Source: Basidiobolus meristosporus CBS 931.73 (taxonomy: Eukaryota > Fungi > Basidiobolomycota). Taken from it: DNA of 64,000 nucleotides. Below are positions 39,560 through 50,921 of the stretch, piece after piece; position 1 is the first letter of the stretch, and the number at the start of each line of letters is the position of its first letter. The translations under genes were made by a program, and so were the position numbers. The stretch is taken from positions 199-64,198 of the forward strand of contig MCFE01000513.1 of assembly GCA_002104905.1 (NCBI GenBank), written 5' to 3'. The notes beneath the pieces were generated by a model. The model worked only from the letters and a program-made list of their open reading frames with translations, searched no databases and was not told the origin of the DNA.

Positions 39560-40824
39560 GGACAAGGATAGAGAAAGACACAGGATACATACAAGGTTTA
39601 TCAGAGAAGATTTAGTCAATATAGGTACAAATGATATGTGCAAGGAAGTTTGCCCAAAAGGGAGAACAAAAAGATGCATATGGAAAGCGCCAAAGGAAAT
39701 AGTTTCACCTGGAACTGGCAATACTCCCCCCAGTAGCAAGAATCAAGACAATATCAAAAACAAGTCCAACCTGCAGGTGTTGAGAGATTTGACACAATCA
39801 TTATGTGTGACAAGAGCCACCTATGAAGAGGCATTTGCTGGAGCAGTCACAATAATACAAGAAACAATCAGAGAGGGACAAGACATGTTACTCACGCCAA
39901 TAGAAAGTATAAAGACACTACCCAAAAAGACCGTATACCTCCTGAGAGGAGCTTCCTTGCTCTTCAAGGAGAGGGATGCCGCATTGATTCCCATATCCAT
40001 AGTGGACATAGTCAGACATAAGATGCAAGGAATCAACTGTTGTACCCTCACCAGGCTTCAAGAGCCCCCCCTATTTTGTTGCATACTTACCATTGAGAGG
40101 TGCTACAATTGTTGAGGTATATGCAGACCTGGTACAAGCTGCAAGAGCACAAGAAGTAGAACTCCTATTCAAAGGACTCCTCTGAGAGATCTGCAAACAT
40201 GTAAAGCTGCATTTCCAAGAAGGAAGCATCCTGGAGAAGATATGTGAGCAGATTAAATATACTGGCCAGTTGACCCATGCAATCCACCAAATTGCTGTGT
40301 TACAACTATTACAATGGTTCACCATAGGACAACTCAGGAGCCAGTACAAAGTCCCACTCCAGGAAACCAAAGAAACCACCACTGACTCTGTAGAAACCAT
40401 GTGCCAAGTGCCAAAACGCCTGGATTGCACCACAGTCTCCATAGAAGTACTACAATATGTCTCAGAAGAAGCAAGAATCTGTGATTGATATCTAATGACT
40501 GCCAACCAAGTGTATGCCCTCTTAAAAGAGCACCAAAGCCTCAACAACATTTGCAAGATAAAGAAGCAAGACATTGTTGCCCTATTGCATTGCTGCTTGT
40601 ACTCCAATCCCCCCAAGGAGCTCACCCAGAGCCTTATGGTTTGCCAATTGTTTGGCTCCATGGAAAACATCTCTCAAATAACCCAAGCTGCACCCCACTC
40701 TGCTGCTGAGTGGTTTCTGGTACACGCCTGCAATCCCCTTGCAAGTGACAACTATCAATGGTACTATGGTGACTCCCCATGCTCTGTAAACAAAATTGAC
40801 TCTGGAGAAGCAAGTTTGCCATAG
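39560..40824 (+). pseudogene. Unknown extra ORF after integrase (env position) in element C, decayed; start approximate
   Basis: ORF pieces 39636-40115, 40270-40488 and 40495-40824 (the last two in the same frame) fill the interval between integrase and the 3' LTR. Confidence 0.4.
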
Positions 40825-40862
40825 TACCTCAATGACAAAGCTCCCTCTTAACCTCTGGGATA

Positions 40863-41237
40863 TATGAGTACTAAATTTAATACCAACTTTTTGCCCAAGA
40901 GCTCCCCCAGAGTCCTACCCGAAGTCTCTCCAGTATCCTCTCTATGAGTCCCTCATACTACATTCCTCCTATTTCTGTCCTTACCTAGTCAGAATGCTTG
41001 CCATAGCAGGAAGGTGTTCACACCCCTATTTTATAACGCATTGTTCATCACCTAAGCCCCTCTCAGTGAGATATATGTATATTCAACTGAGACAAGTGGA
41101 AAGGGACAAATATTTAATGTGATGAACATAAGACTTTATTATCTTGTAACCTTCTGTCAAAAGCTATTCTGAGCCAAGTGGTAGTGACTTGATCTATAGC
41201 TCTCCCAACTACCAAGTACAGTCAGTAATAACCCACA
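40863..41237 (+). repeat. 3' LTR of element C (375 bp)
   Basis: Direct repeat of 35736-36111, followed by the TSD. Confidence 0.85.
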
Positions 41238-44200
41238 CACAGAACCTGGTATAGATCTCCTCTAACATGTCAAGCAGAAATCCAGTGGTAGTGATGGGAT
41301 TGATGAGAAATAACCATGCAGAGGAGTAAGTCATATCCAAACAGGTATGTGATTGTGTGGAGGTGATTAGAATTAGTTTGGTGCAATCAGCTTAATTTAT
41401 CTGATTTTCCATGCATCATGATTGAATCTCCATCAATTGCCAAGAATCCCATCATTAAGTTGCAAAAAAAATCCTCAAACAATGACTTGGTGACTTTATT
41501 GATGATTTACTCATAAGTCTATCCAAATCTGCCACTATGGTCCCAATACCATGACTCAACACATCCTGAGTACAACCCAGAGAAAACTCATCTCCCAACT
41601 TACAAGTGTGGTCTGGCCTGGAAAAATCAATGTCAGATCAGTTTGAATTTGTACCAAATGATTATAGTATGGCCCACATGTCTATGATGAGTCTTCATAC
41701 AGATATGTAGACCTTACTCATTAATCTAGCAGAACTGGATACCTCAGAGAGCTGACAGAGATAGAAGAAGCTGAGTGGAATGCTGTGCCATGAGTTCTAC
41801 ATGAAGATGACAGCAGATGTATGTAACAAGATGCATAAAAAGACAAGTATTGAAATCAGGAATGAGCTGACAGTGAGGGGATTTGATGAGGAAGCCACAT
41901 GCAAACAATTCCACATGCAATTTGCACATTACAGACCAGATGCATTTGTTTGTGCCCCAACATTGGGAACCAAGGAGATCTTGAATGTGTTTTTGCCTCA
42001 AATGACTGATGTACTATATGATATATTAGTAGAGCTAAGTGGCTTCCAAGAGCAATACACACAGGACTCATCAAGGCAATAGTGCTAAGGTATTGAACTG
42101 AGGGTGAGTGTGTACCTTGAGGCATCAAAAGGCGAACTTTAAGAGAAAGAATAATGACTGCAAGTAACTGCGTCCAGATTGTGCCAGCATGCCTTGCTGG
42201 ATTCCTTACCATCCTCTGCAAATTCAGCATGCCAGCACATGTCAGTCCATTCTACACCAACACCCCTAATAATATACTTTTACCTAGTCTTGGCATTACA
42301 AACACATAGAATAGGTTAAGGAAGGTCCCAAGAACATGTGTGCAAAGTTTGGGGCTGTTTGGACAACTTTGAGAATTTTCATGTTCTGGGTACCTAGTAT
42401 TTTGGCAAAAATATTCTAAGTAAATCCCAACAAGGAATTTGGTCAATATTCTATAGGATATGAAGGTAATGATCTAAGTGACTAAGCTTGGTGAATATTT
42501 AGATGGAAATACAAATTTTTACAACACTCCCACTCAGCTAAATGTTCATACTGACTAGTCCTAATTTTGACCTAAGATATTCAGACTTCTCTCCAGCTAA
42601 TGGTTTGGTAAATATGTCCGCAATCTTTTCATCTGTAGGACAGTAAACTAAGCTAACTAAGTTATTCTCTATAGCTTCACATATGAAATGATGTCTAATA
42701 TCTATGTGCTTGGTTCTAGCATGAAAAGTTGAATTTCTACCTAATTGTATACATCCTTGATTATCCTGAAATAAAGTAATAGGCATTTTTTGACATAGGC
42801 CTAAATCTGTATAAAGTTTTCTTAACCACATTGCTTCTTTTGTAGCTTCACAGGCTGTCATATACTCAGCCTCTGTGGTGGAAAGTGCTACGGTTGGTTG
42901 CTTTCTTGAATTCCATGAAATTGCTCCTTTACAGTAAAGAAAGGTGTATCCTGTGGTGGATCTTCTGTCTTCTAAATTTTGTCCCCAATCAGCATCAGAG
43001 TATCCCACCAGATCCTGTTCTGAGTCCTTATAAGTTGTATCTTAAGCAGATATCAGCAGTTCCTTTTAGGTATCTAAAAATCTGCTTAACTGCTGCAATG
43101 TGATCAGATCCATAGTTTTGATTATGTTGGCTGACAACTCCCACTGAATATGAGATATCTGGACATGTTCCTAGTTTGATATACATCAGACTGCCAATCT
43201 TTGATTGATAAGCAAAGTCAGGGCTTTCAGATGGCACCAAGCTCTCTTGATTTGGTTGAGTTTTGATCAAGTTAAGGTTTGTCTCCATTTGGGTAGCTGC
43301 CAGTTTACAGTCTTCCATTTGGTACTTCTTTGGTATATCTTGAATATACTTGGATTGGCTTAGGGTGATAGTCTGGGTACTTCTGTCTATGAAGAACTTA
43401 ATCCCTAAGTAGTAATTAAGTTCTCCTTGCTTGGACATCTTGAGCTCTTTAGATAGGCTGGATTTAGTCTCTTTCAATGTTTCTAGGTTATTGGTGGCTA
43501 TAATAAGATCATCCAGATATAGAGCTAATAGAAATGGATTTGTTCTATATGGCTTATAGTATATACTATAGTCAGCATTACTCCTTTTGAAACTTGAAGA
43601 TTCCAAATAAGAATCTACCTTGCAATTCCAGGCTCTTGGTGATTGTTTGAGACCATATAGTGACTTTTTAAGCTTTCAGACCAAATGGGGGCTACCTTGG
43701 TCAACAAACCCATCAGGCTGGTCCATATACACATCCTCATCAAGTTCTCCATTCAAAAATGCAGCTTTTACATCCATTTGATGAATAAAAAATTTATATT
43801 TGGCTGCAATAGCCAATATTAATCTGATGGAATTAAACTTGGCTACCAGTGCAAAGGTTGCAGTATAGTCAGGTCCTTTTGTTTGAAAGCATTCTTTGGC
43901 TCCAAGTCTTGCTTTGTATCTTTCAATTGTACTATTAGCCCTGTATTTTGTCTTGAAGACCCATCTGCATCTGCATATCTTGATTTTTGGTTGATTGGTA
44001 ATTTGACTAAGTCCCAAGTTGATTTTCCATCAGGGCCTGATATTCCTCAGTCATTGCAGATCTACAAAACTTTGTCTGAGGGCTATTTGAGGCCTCTTTT
44101 ACAGTCTGGGGTTCATCAATATGGACTGAATGGGCATAGGCTAAGTTTGTACCCTCATTGATATAGTAAGTTGGGCTATTTCTTGTCCAATTGGATCTCC

Positions 44201-44678
44201 GGGCATTTGATACTGGAATGATCGCTTCTGGGATATTCCTGAGCACTGATTCTGGCTGAACCAGGATTTTAGAGTCCTCTGGAGTGAAAAAATTCTCATT
44301 GTTTTGCTCTGATTCAATCCTGACAATTGGTGGATTTAAGATCAGATTTTTGTCATCATCTGAAGGCATTTTTTGTAAAAATTTTGAATTTTCATCAAAC
44401 AACACATCCCTGGACTTGATTAGCTTTGTTGCTCTGGTATTGTAGAGTCTGTATGCCTTACTCTCATTGCAGTAGCTCAAAAATATGCATTTTACACTTT
44501 GTGACTGAAGTCTTGACTGATTTCCAGGCAGTTACTTGGCACATGCTGTACACCCAAATATTCTTAGATGTTCTGCACTTTGTCTGTATCCATACCATGC
44601 TTCAAATGGAGTAGAATTGCAAAGTATTCTGTTATAACTCCTATTTTTAAGATATACAGCAGTGGCAACTGATTCCGC

Positions 44679-45482
44679 TGTGGTAGGGTAAACATACCTC
44701 CCACAGACAAGTTTATTCATATAGTCATTATGACATACTTATCCATATTTTATCTTATCAGTATTATCCCATTCTTCTTTTGCCCATATTATCAGTACTA
44801 TCCCCATATGATGTTTACCCTGATTAGTTATTAACATTAGTTATCCCAGATGTTATTCAGCTTTGTGATCAGTAGATGTATCTATATAAGGCAAGTACCC
44901 GCGTCAGTACCCGTGACACATGACCTAGGTCTGTGTTACCATCTCTACCATTTCAATACCATATATGGTATTTCTATGTTGCACAGGTTTCAGACTACTG
45001 ATTCCTGATTGGTTGAGAGTGCTGTGCCTTTTAGAACCTTCCAGGACATTCTTGGCATATTTTTAGCTCATAGTGATGTCATCAAGAATTCCACTGATAC
45101 CTAGAATCTTCTAGAACCTTGTCATTAGTAATCACTTGGCAATCAGGAAAAGTATTTAAGGGAAAGCAATCCCTCATCAATAAATCATCCCTTCTATCAG
45201 TAACACTTCTACCTTATTGATTAGCAGTTGATCACTGCACCTGCCTTCAACAGTACATCTCAGACCTGCCATCAAGGAGCTTTTCAGGGTAGTGCACAAG
45301 ACACACAGAGGCCTTTGGAGACACTTGGAGCACCTAGGAAGCTAGAGAAGCAGGAGCTTTTACCATAGTGACATATTGACAAAGACACCAGCAGTTTAGA
45401 CACAGAGGTTATTGCACCCATCAGACACCTCACACACCTTGAGTTGTGTAGCTTCTCCCAGGAGTACCTCTACACCACCACA
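44679..45482 (+). repeat. 5' LTR of the Gag-PR element (804 bp)
   Basis: TG...CA; TATA-like gtatttaagg at ~45152 and aataaa at ~45179. Confidence 0.97.
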
Positions 45483-45486
45483 TATT

Positions 45487-45503
45487 TGGCACCCAACGTG
45501 GGG
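45487..45503 (+). promoter_or_regulatory. Primer-binding site, tRNA-Lys(1,2)-type
   Basis: tggcacccaacgtgggg versus the canonical TGGCGCCCAACGTGGGG; the single difference fits CpG decay. Confidence 0.85.
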
Positions 45504-45556
45504 GGTTTGACTTAACTGCTCCTAGAAGACTTAAGAAAGAACAAATTATCAAGACC

Positions 45557-47413
45557 ATGGATCTACCTTTACCAGGAATGCAAGGAACTCCTTTCTTTGA
45601 TGGAACCAAAGTTAAAGCTTTCATCAAGAGGTGGGAGCTTTTCTGCAGAGCCTACAAAATACCTGAGGCCATTATGGCTGAAGAGATGCCCCCCTACAGC
45701 ACTGATGAGATCATGCTCTCATTATATGAAAGAAATGATCTGCTGACAAATTGGACCCTCTTGAAGAGCTACTTGATTGATGAATATGGAGAGAGACAAG
45801 TTGACTACACACTTCAAGACTTGGAGAACTTTGCTTATAGCAAGTTTAAGCAGCTACCATTGAAAGAATACTTGAGTGGCCTTGAGCAAATTGGAGAGTC
45901 ACTGAAAGCCCAAGGCATTGTCACTGATCTGACTTTATCTGCCTATCTTCTCAGAGCACTACCAGAAGACCTGGTGAGAAGGATTGAAAACAATCCTACT
46001 GTGAAAGCTATGAGTTCACTGCCTGCATTTCAGTTAGCTAAGCAGATTCTACTTGCCCCTGAAGAAACCTCACCAATCAGAAAGCTTCTTTCAAGCTCAG
46101 CACAAAACCAAGATAGCCAAGACTTACTTCATCCCAGTAATCAAAGCACTCAAATTCAGGAGCTGACACAGCAACTAGAGAAACTCTCTTTGCTACTCAC
46201 CAGCAAAGCATATGGGCAGAAGCCAGTAGAGAAAGAAGTCAAATATACATGCATGTGGTGTGACTCTGCCAACCATTCCAAGAGAAATTGCCAAGAGCTT
46301 CAGTCATTACTATCCACAGGTGATGTCCTATATAGTCCTCAGGGATACATAGTCAGTAAGCATGGTGACAAATTATCCACAGCATTTGGACAAGGAGGAA
46401 TGAGAGTTCACTACAAGCAAGTCACCTCTCATACAAGAAAGGTTCAACTCCATGAAGGAGAAGATCCTGACTACTTTGATCCAGCTGAAGTTCTGAACTT
46501 TGATTATGAGGACCCCAGAGAGGCCCAAGATCATATAGCTTCAATTTATGCTTCAAAGAGACACCATCCTGAAAAAATGGCTAATCCAGGCCCAGCAACA
46601 AAAGTACCAAGATGTGAGCCAGAAGTTGTGATTGAGAAGAAAGCATCACCCCCATTAATTTTACAAGAGTCTGCCAAGGCCAACAACTACCACATGCAGC
46701 CTAGAGTCAAGCAAAATGGTACCCCAGAGGCTCTGACAAGTCATATACTAGGAAGCAACATATCAATCAAGGTTGGAGAGCTACTCAGTGTATCACCATC
46801 TGTAAGAAAGACTCTGGATGAGCATATCAGAATAAGAAAGCATCCAATTGAAGCAACTCAAGGCAACCAGGTCAGGACAGTTCAAGGAAGCCAAGATATC
46901 AGTAAGCTGCATCAAAGCCAGAAACACTACTACTCAGTGGCAACTGCAACAACTACAGGAACTGTGCATAATCAAGAAATCCTATGTCATATAGACAGTG
47001 GATCTGAGATATGTGTGATGCCTTTGGAGGCTTGGAAACAACTACCATGCAAAGACCTATTGCCCATAGACACCAATATCAATTGGAGCATGAAGGATGC
47101 CAACTCAGGGCAATCAAAGCTTTTAGGAATTATTCACAGCTTCCCTCTCATCATTGAAGGAATACCCCATGAGATCCCAGTATTCATTTGTGCAAAGGCT
47201 AACTTTGAATTACTTCTTGGAAGACCATGGGAAGTAAAAGCAAGAGCAACTGCAGTGAACTACCCAGATGGTTCAGCATGGTATACTATATACTCAGAGA
47301 GCCCAGGACTAACAGCAACCTTCTGTGGTGTGGACTCAAACAATATCCGATCAATGACATCATGTAGATTTCTATCTCAAGAAAGGACAGGTGGCTTCAT
47401 TGAGGAACACTGA
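45557..47413 (+). CDS. gag-pro: Gag-protease polyprotein, 618 aa, intact
   Basis: FDGTKV gag N-terminus; CCHC knuckle CMWCDSANHSKRNC; DUF4100-like segment (ILGSNISIKVGELLSVSPSVRK, recognised by eye); retropepsin motif HIDSGSEICVM and FELLLGRPW. Confidence 0.88.
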   Translation: MDLPLPGMQGTPFFDGTKVKAFIKRWELFCRAYKIPEAIMAEEMPPYSTDEIMLSLYERNDLLTNWTLLKSYLIDEYGERQVDYTLQDLENFAYSKFKQLPLKEYLSGLEQIGESLKAQGIVTDLTLSAYLLRALPEDLVRRIENNPTVKAMSSLPAFQLAKQILLAPEETSPIRKLLSSSAQNQDSQDLLHPSNQSTQIQELTQQLEKLSLLLTSKAYGQKPVEKEVKYTCMWCDSANHSKRNCQELQSLLSTGDVLYSPQGYIVSKHGDKLSTAFGQGGMRVHYKQVTSHTRKVQLHEGEDPDYFDPAEVLNFDYEDPREAQDHIASIYASKRHHPEKMANPGPATKVPRCEPEVVIEKKASPPLILQESAKANNYHMQPRVKQNGTPEALTSHILGSNISIKVGELLSVSPSVRKTLDEHIRIRKHPIEATQGNQVRTVQGSQDISKLHQSQKHYYSVATATTTGTVHNQEILCHIDSGSEICVMPLEAWKQLPCKDLLPIDTNINWSMKDANSGQSKLLGIIHSFPLIIEGIPHEIPVFICAKANFELLLGRPWEVKARATAVNYPDGSAWYTIYSESPGLTATFCGVDSNNIRSMTSCRFLSQERTGGFIEEH

Positions 47414-47477
47414 GAGAGCACTTTGTTCTCCAAACTTACAGTGGTTAGCTAAAAAGTTCCCTGAAACTTTTTAGCTC

Positions 47478-47491
47478 AAGTGGGGGGTGGA
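47478..47491 (+). promoter_or_regulatory. Polypurine tract of the Gag-PR element
   Basis: aagtggggggtgga immediately before the 3' LTR TG. Confidence 0.8.
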
Positions 47492-48295
47492 TGTGGTAGG
47501 GTAAACATACCTCCCACAGACAAGTTTATTCATATAGTCATTATGACATACTTATCCATATTTTATCTTATCAGTATTATCCCATTCTTCTTTTGCCCAT
47601 ATTATCAGTACTATCCCCATATGATGTTTACCCTGATTAGTTATTAACATTAGTTATCCCAGATGTTATTCGGCTTTGTGATCAGTAGATGTATCTATAT
47701 AAGGCAAGTACCCGCGTCAGTACCCGTGACACATGACCTAGGTCTGTGTTACCATCTCTACCATTTCAATACCATATATGGTATTTCTATGTTGCACAGG
47801 TTTCAGACTACTGATTCCTGATTGGTTGAGAGTGCTGTGCCTTTTAGAACCTTCCAGGACATTCTTGGCATATTTTTAGCTCATAGTGATGTCATCAAGA
47901 ATTCCACTGATACCTAGAATCTTCTAGAACCTTGTCATTAGTAATCACTTGGCAATCAGGAAAAGTATTTAAGGGAAAGCAATCCCTCATCAATAAATCA
48001 TCCCTTCTATCAGTAACACTTCTACCTTATTGATTAGCAGTTGATCACTGCACCTGCCTTCAACAGTACATCTCAGACCTGCCATCAAGGAGCTTTTCAG
48101 GGTAGTGCACAAGACACACAGAGGCCTTTGGAGACACTTGGAGCACCTAGGAAGCTAGAGAAGCAGGAGCTTTTACCATAGTGACATATTGACAAAGACA
48201 CCAGCAGTTTAGACACAGAGGTTATTGCACCCATCAGACACCTCACACACCTTGAGTTGTGTAGCTTCTCCCAGGAGTACCTCTACACCACCACA
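47492..48295 (+). repeat. 3' LTR of the Gag-PR element (804 bp)
   Basis: Identical to the 5' LTR except tcgg versus tcag (~47672 vs ~44859). Confidence 0.97.
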
Positions 48296-49371
48296 CCGCC
48301 CAGAAATCATAGGATAATTTTTGATCATTGATCATAGATCTTGCCATATCAATTATTGATCTGTTAGCACGTTCTGCTACTCCATTTTACTGTGGGGGGT
48401 ATGATACAGTAGTCTCTTGCTTTATCCCATGAATTTTGCAGAAGTAGATGAAGAGTTTTGAGGTGTATTCCCCACTACAGTCAGAGCATATTTTCTTTAT
48501 TTTTTCACCAGTTTCTCTCTCCACCATTGTCAGAGCATATTTTCTTGATTTTTTCACCAGTTTCTCTCTCCACCATGGCTTTAAACTCCCTGAACTTAGA
48601 CAGAACTTCTTCCTTTCTCTCCATGAAGTAGACCCATGTGTATCTTGTATAATCATCAATAAAAGTGATTAAATACTTAATCCCACCTAAGGATATATTT
48701 TGCATAGGTCCACACAGATCTGAGCGCATCAGATCTAATTTTTTCTTATTTTGATTAACCCAGAGCTCTTGAACGGTTGTCTGGCTTGTTTCCCATATAT
48801 GCAGGCTTTACAGTGCTCCAAATTAGCTGGGGGATCAATTTTTACTCTGGAAATTAGCTGATCTTTGATCATTTGCATAAATAATCAAAATTGATGTGCC
48901 CAAATCTCCTGTGCCAAAGCATTGTTGTTTCTTCATTTAATTTACTTATATTGCCTTCCAAATATGATGCAATATAAGTCAACTTGTATAGATTCTGATC
49001 TCTGATACCCAAAGCAATATGGGCACCATTTTGATTAGTGATCTTGTATCCAGAATTGTCAAAGCTGAAACTGAGTTCTTCTGCAGTGGTCTTGCTTACA
49101 GATAGTAGGTTCTTGGCTATTTCTGGTACATAGAGTACTTCTTTGAGAATCAGTGTATGGCTTCCTTCACTGCTTCTTAGGTTTACTTGGATAGTTCCTT
49201 CTCCCACTGCATCAAGTGTCCTATTGTCACCCATGAAAACCTTCTTAATTGGAATTTCTTGATATTGGGTAAAGAGTCCTTTTTGGTGTGTAAAGTGTTG
49301 AGATGTTCCAGAGTCAATATACCATGTCTGCAAATCCTTGTTAGTGGTCATATTTAGTGCAGATATGAATA

Positions 49372-50103
49372 AGACTTGTTCCGTTGGATGGTGCCACATT
49401 GAGCCATGAGTGCCAAATAGTGCCATTGAGTGTGAGAAAGGCATAGCAGACCTAAATTTGGCCGCAGAGTGTGAAACATTAATCTTCATTTTCATGCAAA
49501 GCAGCCCCTGTGATTCACCCATTGTGCTGGAGAAAATCCATTTTTTGACCTTTTTTTCTGGATCATTGTTGTGCAGGATGTGAAAGGGCACAGAAGAACT
49601 GAGACATGCATCTGGCACTCAATACCCATGGCACTCTGAATCTAGCTCCTGTGGCTTGTATCATGTCACAAAAATGCATGGCACTATCTTGGTCCACTGG
49701 TACTATCTGGCACTATAGGTGCTTTATATAGGTTTTACTTTAGGACTAATATTTAAATATAGTGCCAGATAGTACCAGTGGACCAAGAGAGTGCCATTCA
49801 TTTTTGTGACATGATACAAGCAACAGGAGCTAGATTCAGAGTGCCATGGGTATTGAGTACCAGGTGCATGTCTTCAGTCTTTCTGTGCTCTTTCACATCC
49901 TGCACAACATTGATCCAAAAAAAAGGTCAAAAAGTGGATTTTCTCCAGCACAATGGGTGAAATGCAGGGGCCACTTTGCATGAAGATGCAGAGCTATGTT
50001 TCACACCCTGTGGCCAAGTATAGGCTCCCTTAGCCTTCTTGGCACACTATGGCATTATTTGGCACTCATGGCTCAATGTGGCACTATCCAACAGAACAAG
50101 TCT
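49372..50103. mobile_element. Foldback/MITE element 1 (732 bp; 345-bp arms, 42-bp spacer), 3-bp TSD ATA
   Basis: agacttgttcc...gaacaagtct termini; arms at 49372-49716 and 49759-50103; ATA at 49369-49371 and 50104-50106; the copia flanks rejoin. Confidence 0.88.
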
Positions 50104-50921
50104 ATAATCTATCTTCAGTTGTTGCAGCATTTGCATATTCAGGCATTTTTTGCTGCTTATCTTTCTTTTTGAGACACTGGTTGGATGTGTGTCCTTTTCT
50201 TTTATAGTAGTTACAATACAGGTTGCTGTTGCCTTTGTAGGGATTTGGGTACCTCCTTTGTTGGTTATCATTGCTTATTAAAGCATTTTCTTCTTCTTTC
50301 TTATTTGCGCTTTATTTTCTTAATTCTTCATCCAGGAGCCTTCCATATATGTAATTTAAGGTCAAATTGTCAGTTCTGGACTCTAGGGCTGATACAAGGC
50401 CCTGAAACCTGTCTGTCAGGCTATTCAGGATGGTAACTATCACATCCTCATCAGTAGTTGGTACGCCCACAGATTCCATCTCATCAACCAGCAAGGTAAT
50501 TCTGTTAATTAGATTTTTCATTTCTTCTCCTGGCAGCATCTTTATAGTAAAGAATTTTCATCTCAGATACATTTTCTTAGCAGCTGAACATGACTGGTAG
50601 GTGTCTTCTAATGCTTTCCAGGCATTCTTTGCTGTTTTTGCTCTTGAGCATTGAATTAGCAATTTGTCCTTAACATTAAGACAAAAGCAATTAAAGGCAC
50701 TTTGTTCTTTCTTCTGGTACTTTAAGGCTTCCTCTCCAACGTTTTTAGGAGGGCATTCTTCTCCCATGACAGTATCCCAAAGGCCTCTTTCTTGTAGCGG
50801 CATCTTCATCTTCACCTTCCACACTTGGTAGTTAGATCCATCCAACTTCTCTGCAGAGGGAAAAATTCCAGTAATAGCTGTAGTAGACATTGCAGAGAGT
50901 GACAGCTTGGGGCACATAACC

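Larger units (their letters stand above)
35736..41237 (+). mobile_element. Ty3/gypsy-like element C, internally deleted, with an extra 3' region; 5-bp TSD CACAG
   Basis: LTRs at 35736-36111 and 40863-41237; CACAG at 35731-35735 and 41238-41242; the flanks rejoin to the old repeat seen intact at ~19150-19200; putative PBS tggtaccatc at ~36116. Confidence 0.85.
44679..48295 (+). mobile_element. Young non-autonomous LTR retroelement encoding only Gag plus aspartic protease (TR-GAG-like), 4-bp TSD CCGC
   Basis: 804-bp LTRs at 44679-45482 and 47492-48295 with one visible mismatch; CCGC at 44675-44678 and 48296-48299; the copia flanks rejoin; PBS, a single 618-aa ORF and a PPT are present. Confidence 0.95.
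42538..50890 (-). pseudogene. gag-pol: copia B gag-pol, fragmented by stops, frameshifts and two insertions
   Basis: ORFs 50558-51190, 50312-50539, 48869-49618 (part), 48505-48729, 44007-44480, 43676-44017, 43028-43606 and 42538-43008. Confidence 0.9.

Noticed and set aside
48869-49618. 249-aa ORF with a novel N-terminus fused to copia protease
   Set aside because: The N-terminal part is read out of the inserted foldback arm, and the downstream copia frame is broken, so it is an artefactual fusion.
49372-50103. Recurrent GTGCCA/TGGCAC motifs considered as a CRISPR-like or tandem array
   Set aside because: The motifs are only 6-7 bp, irregularly spaced and arranged as an inverted repeat; there is no repeat-spacer structure and no cas genes.
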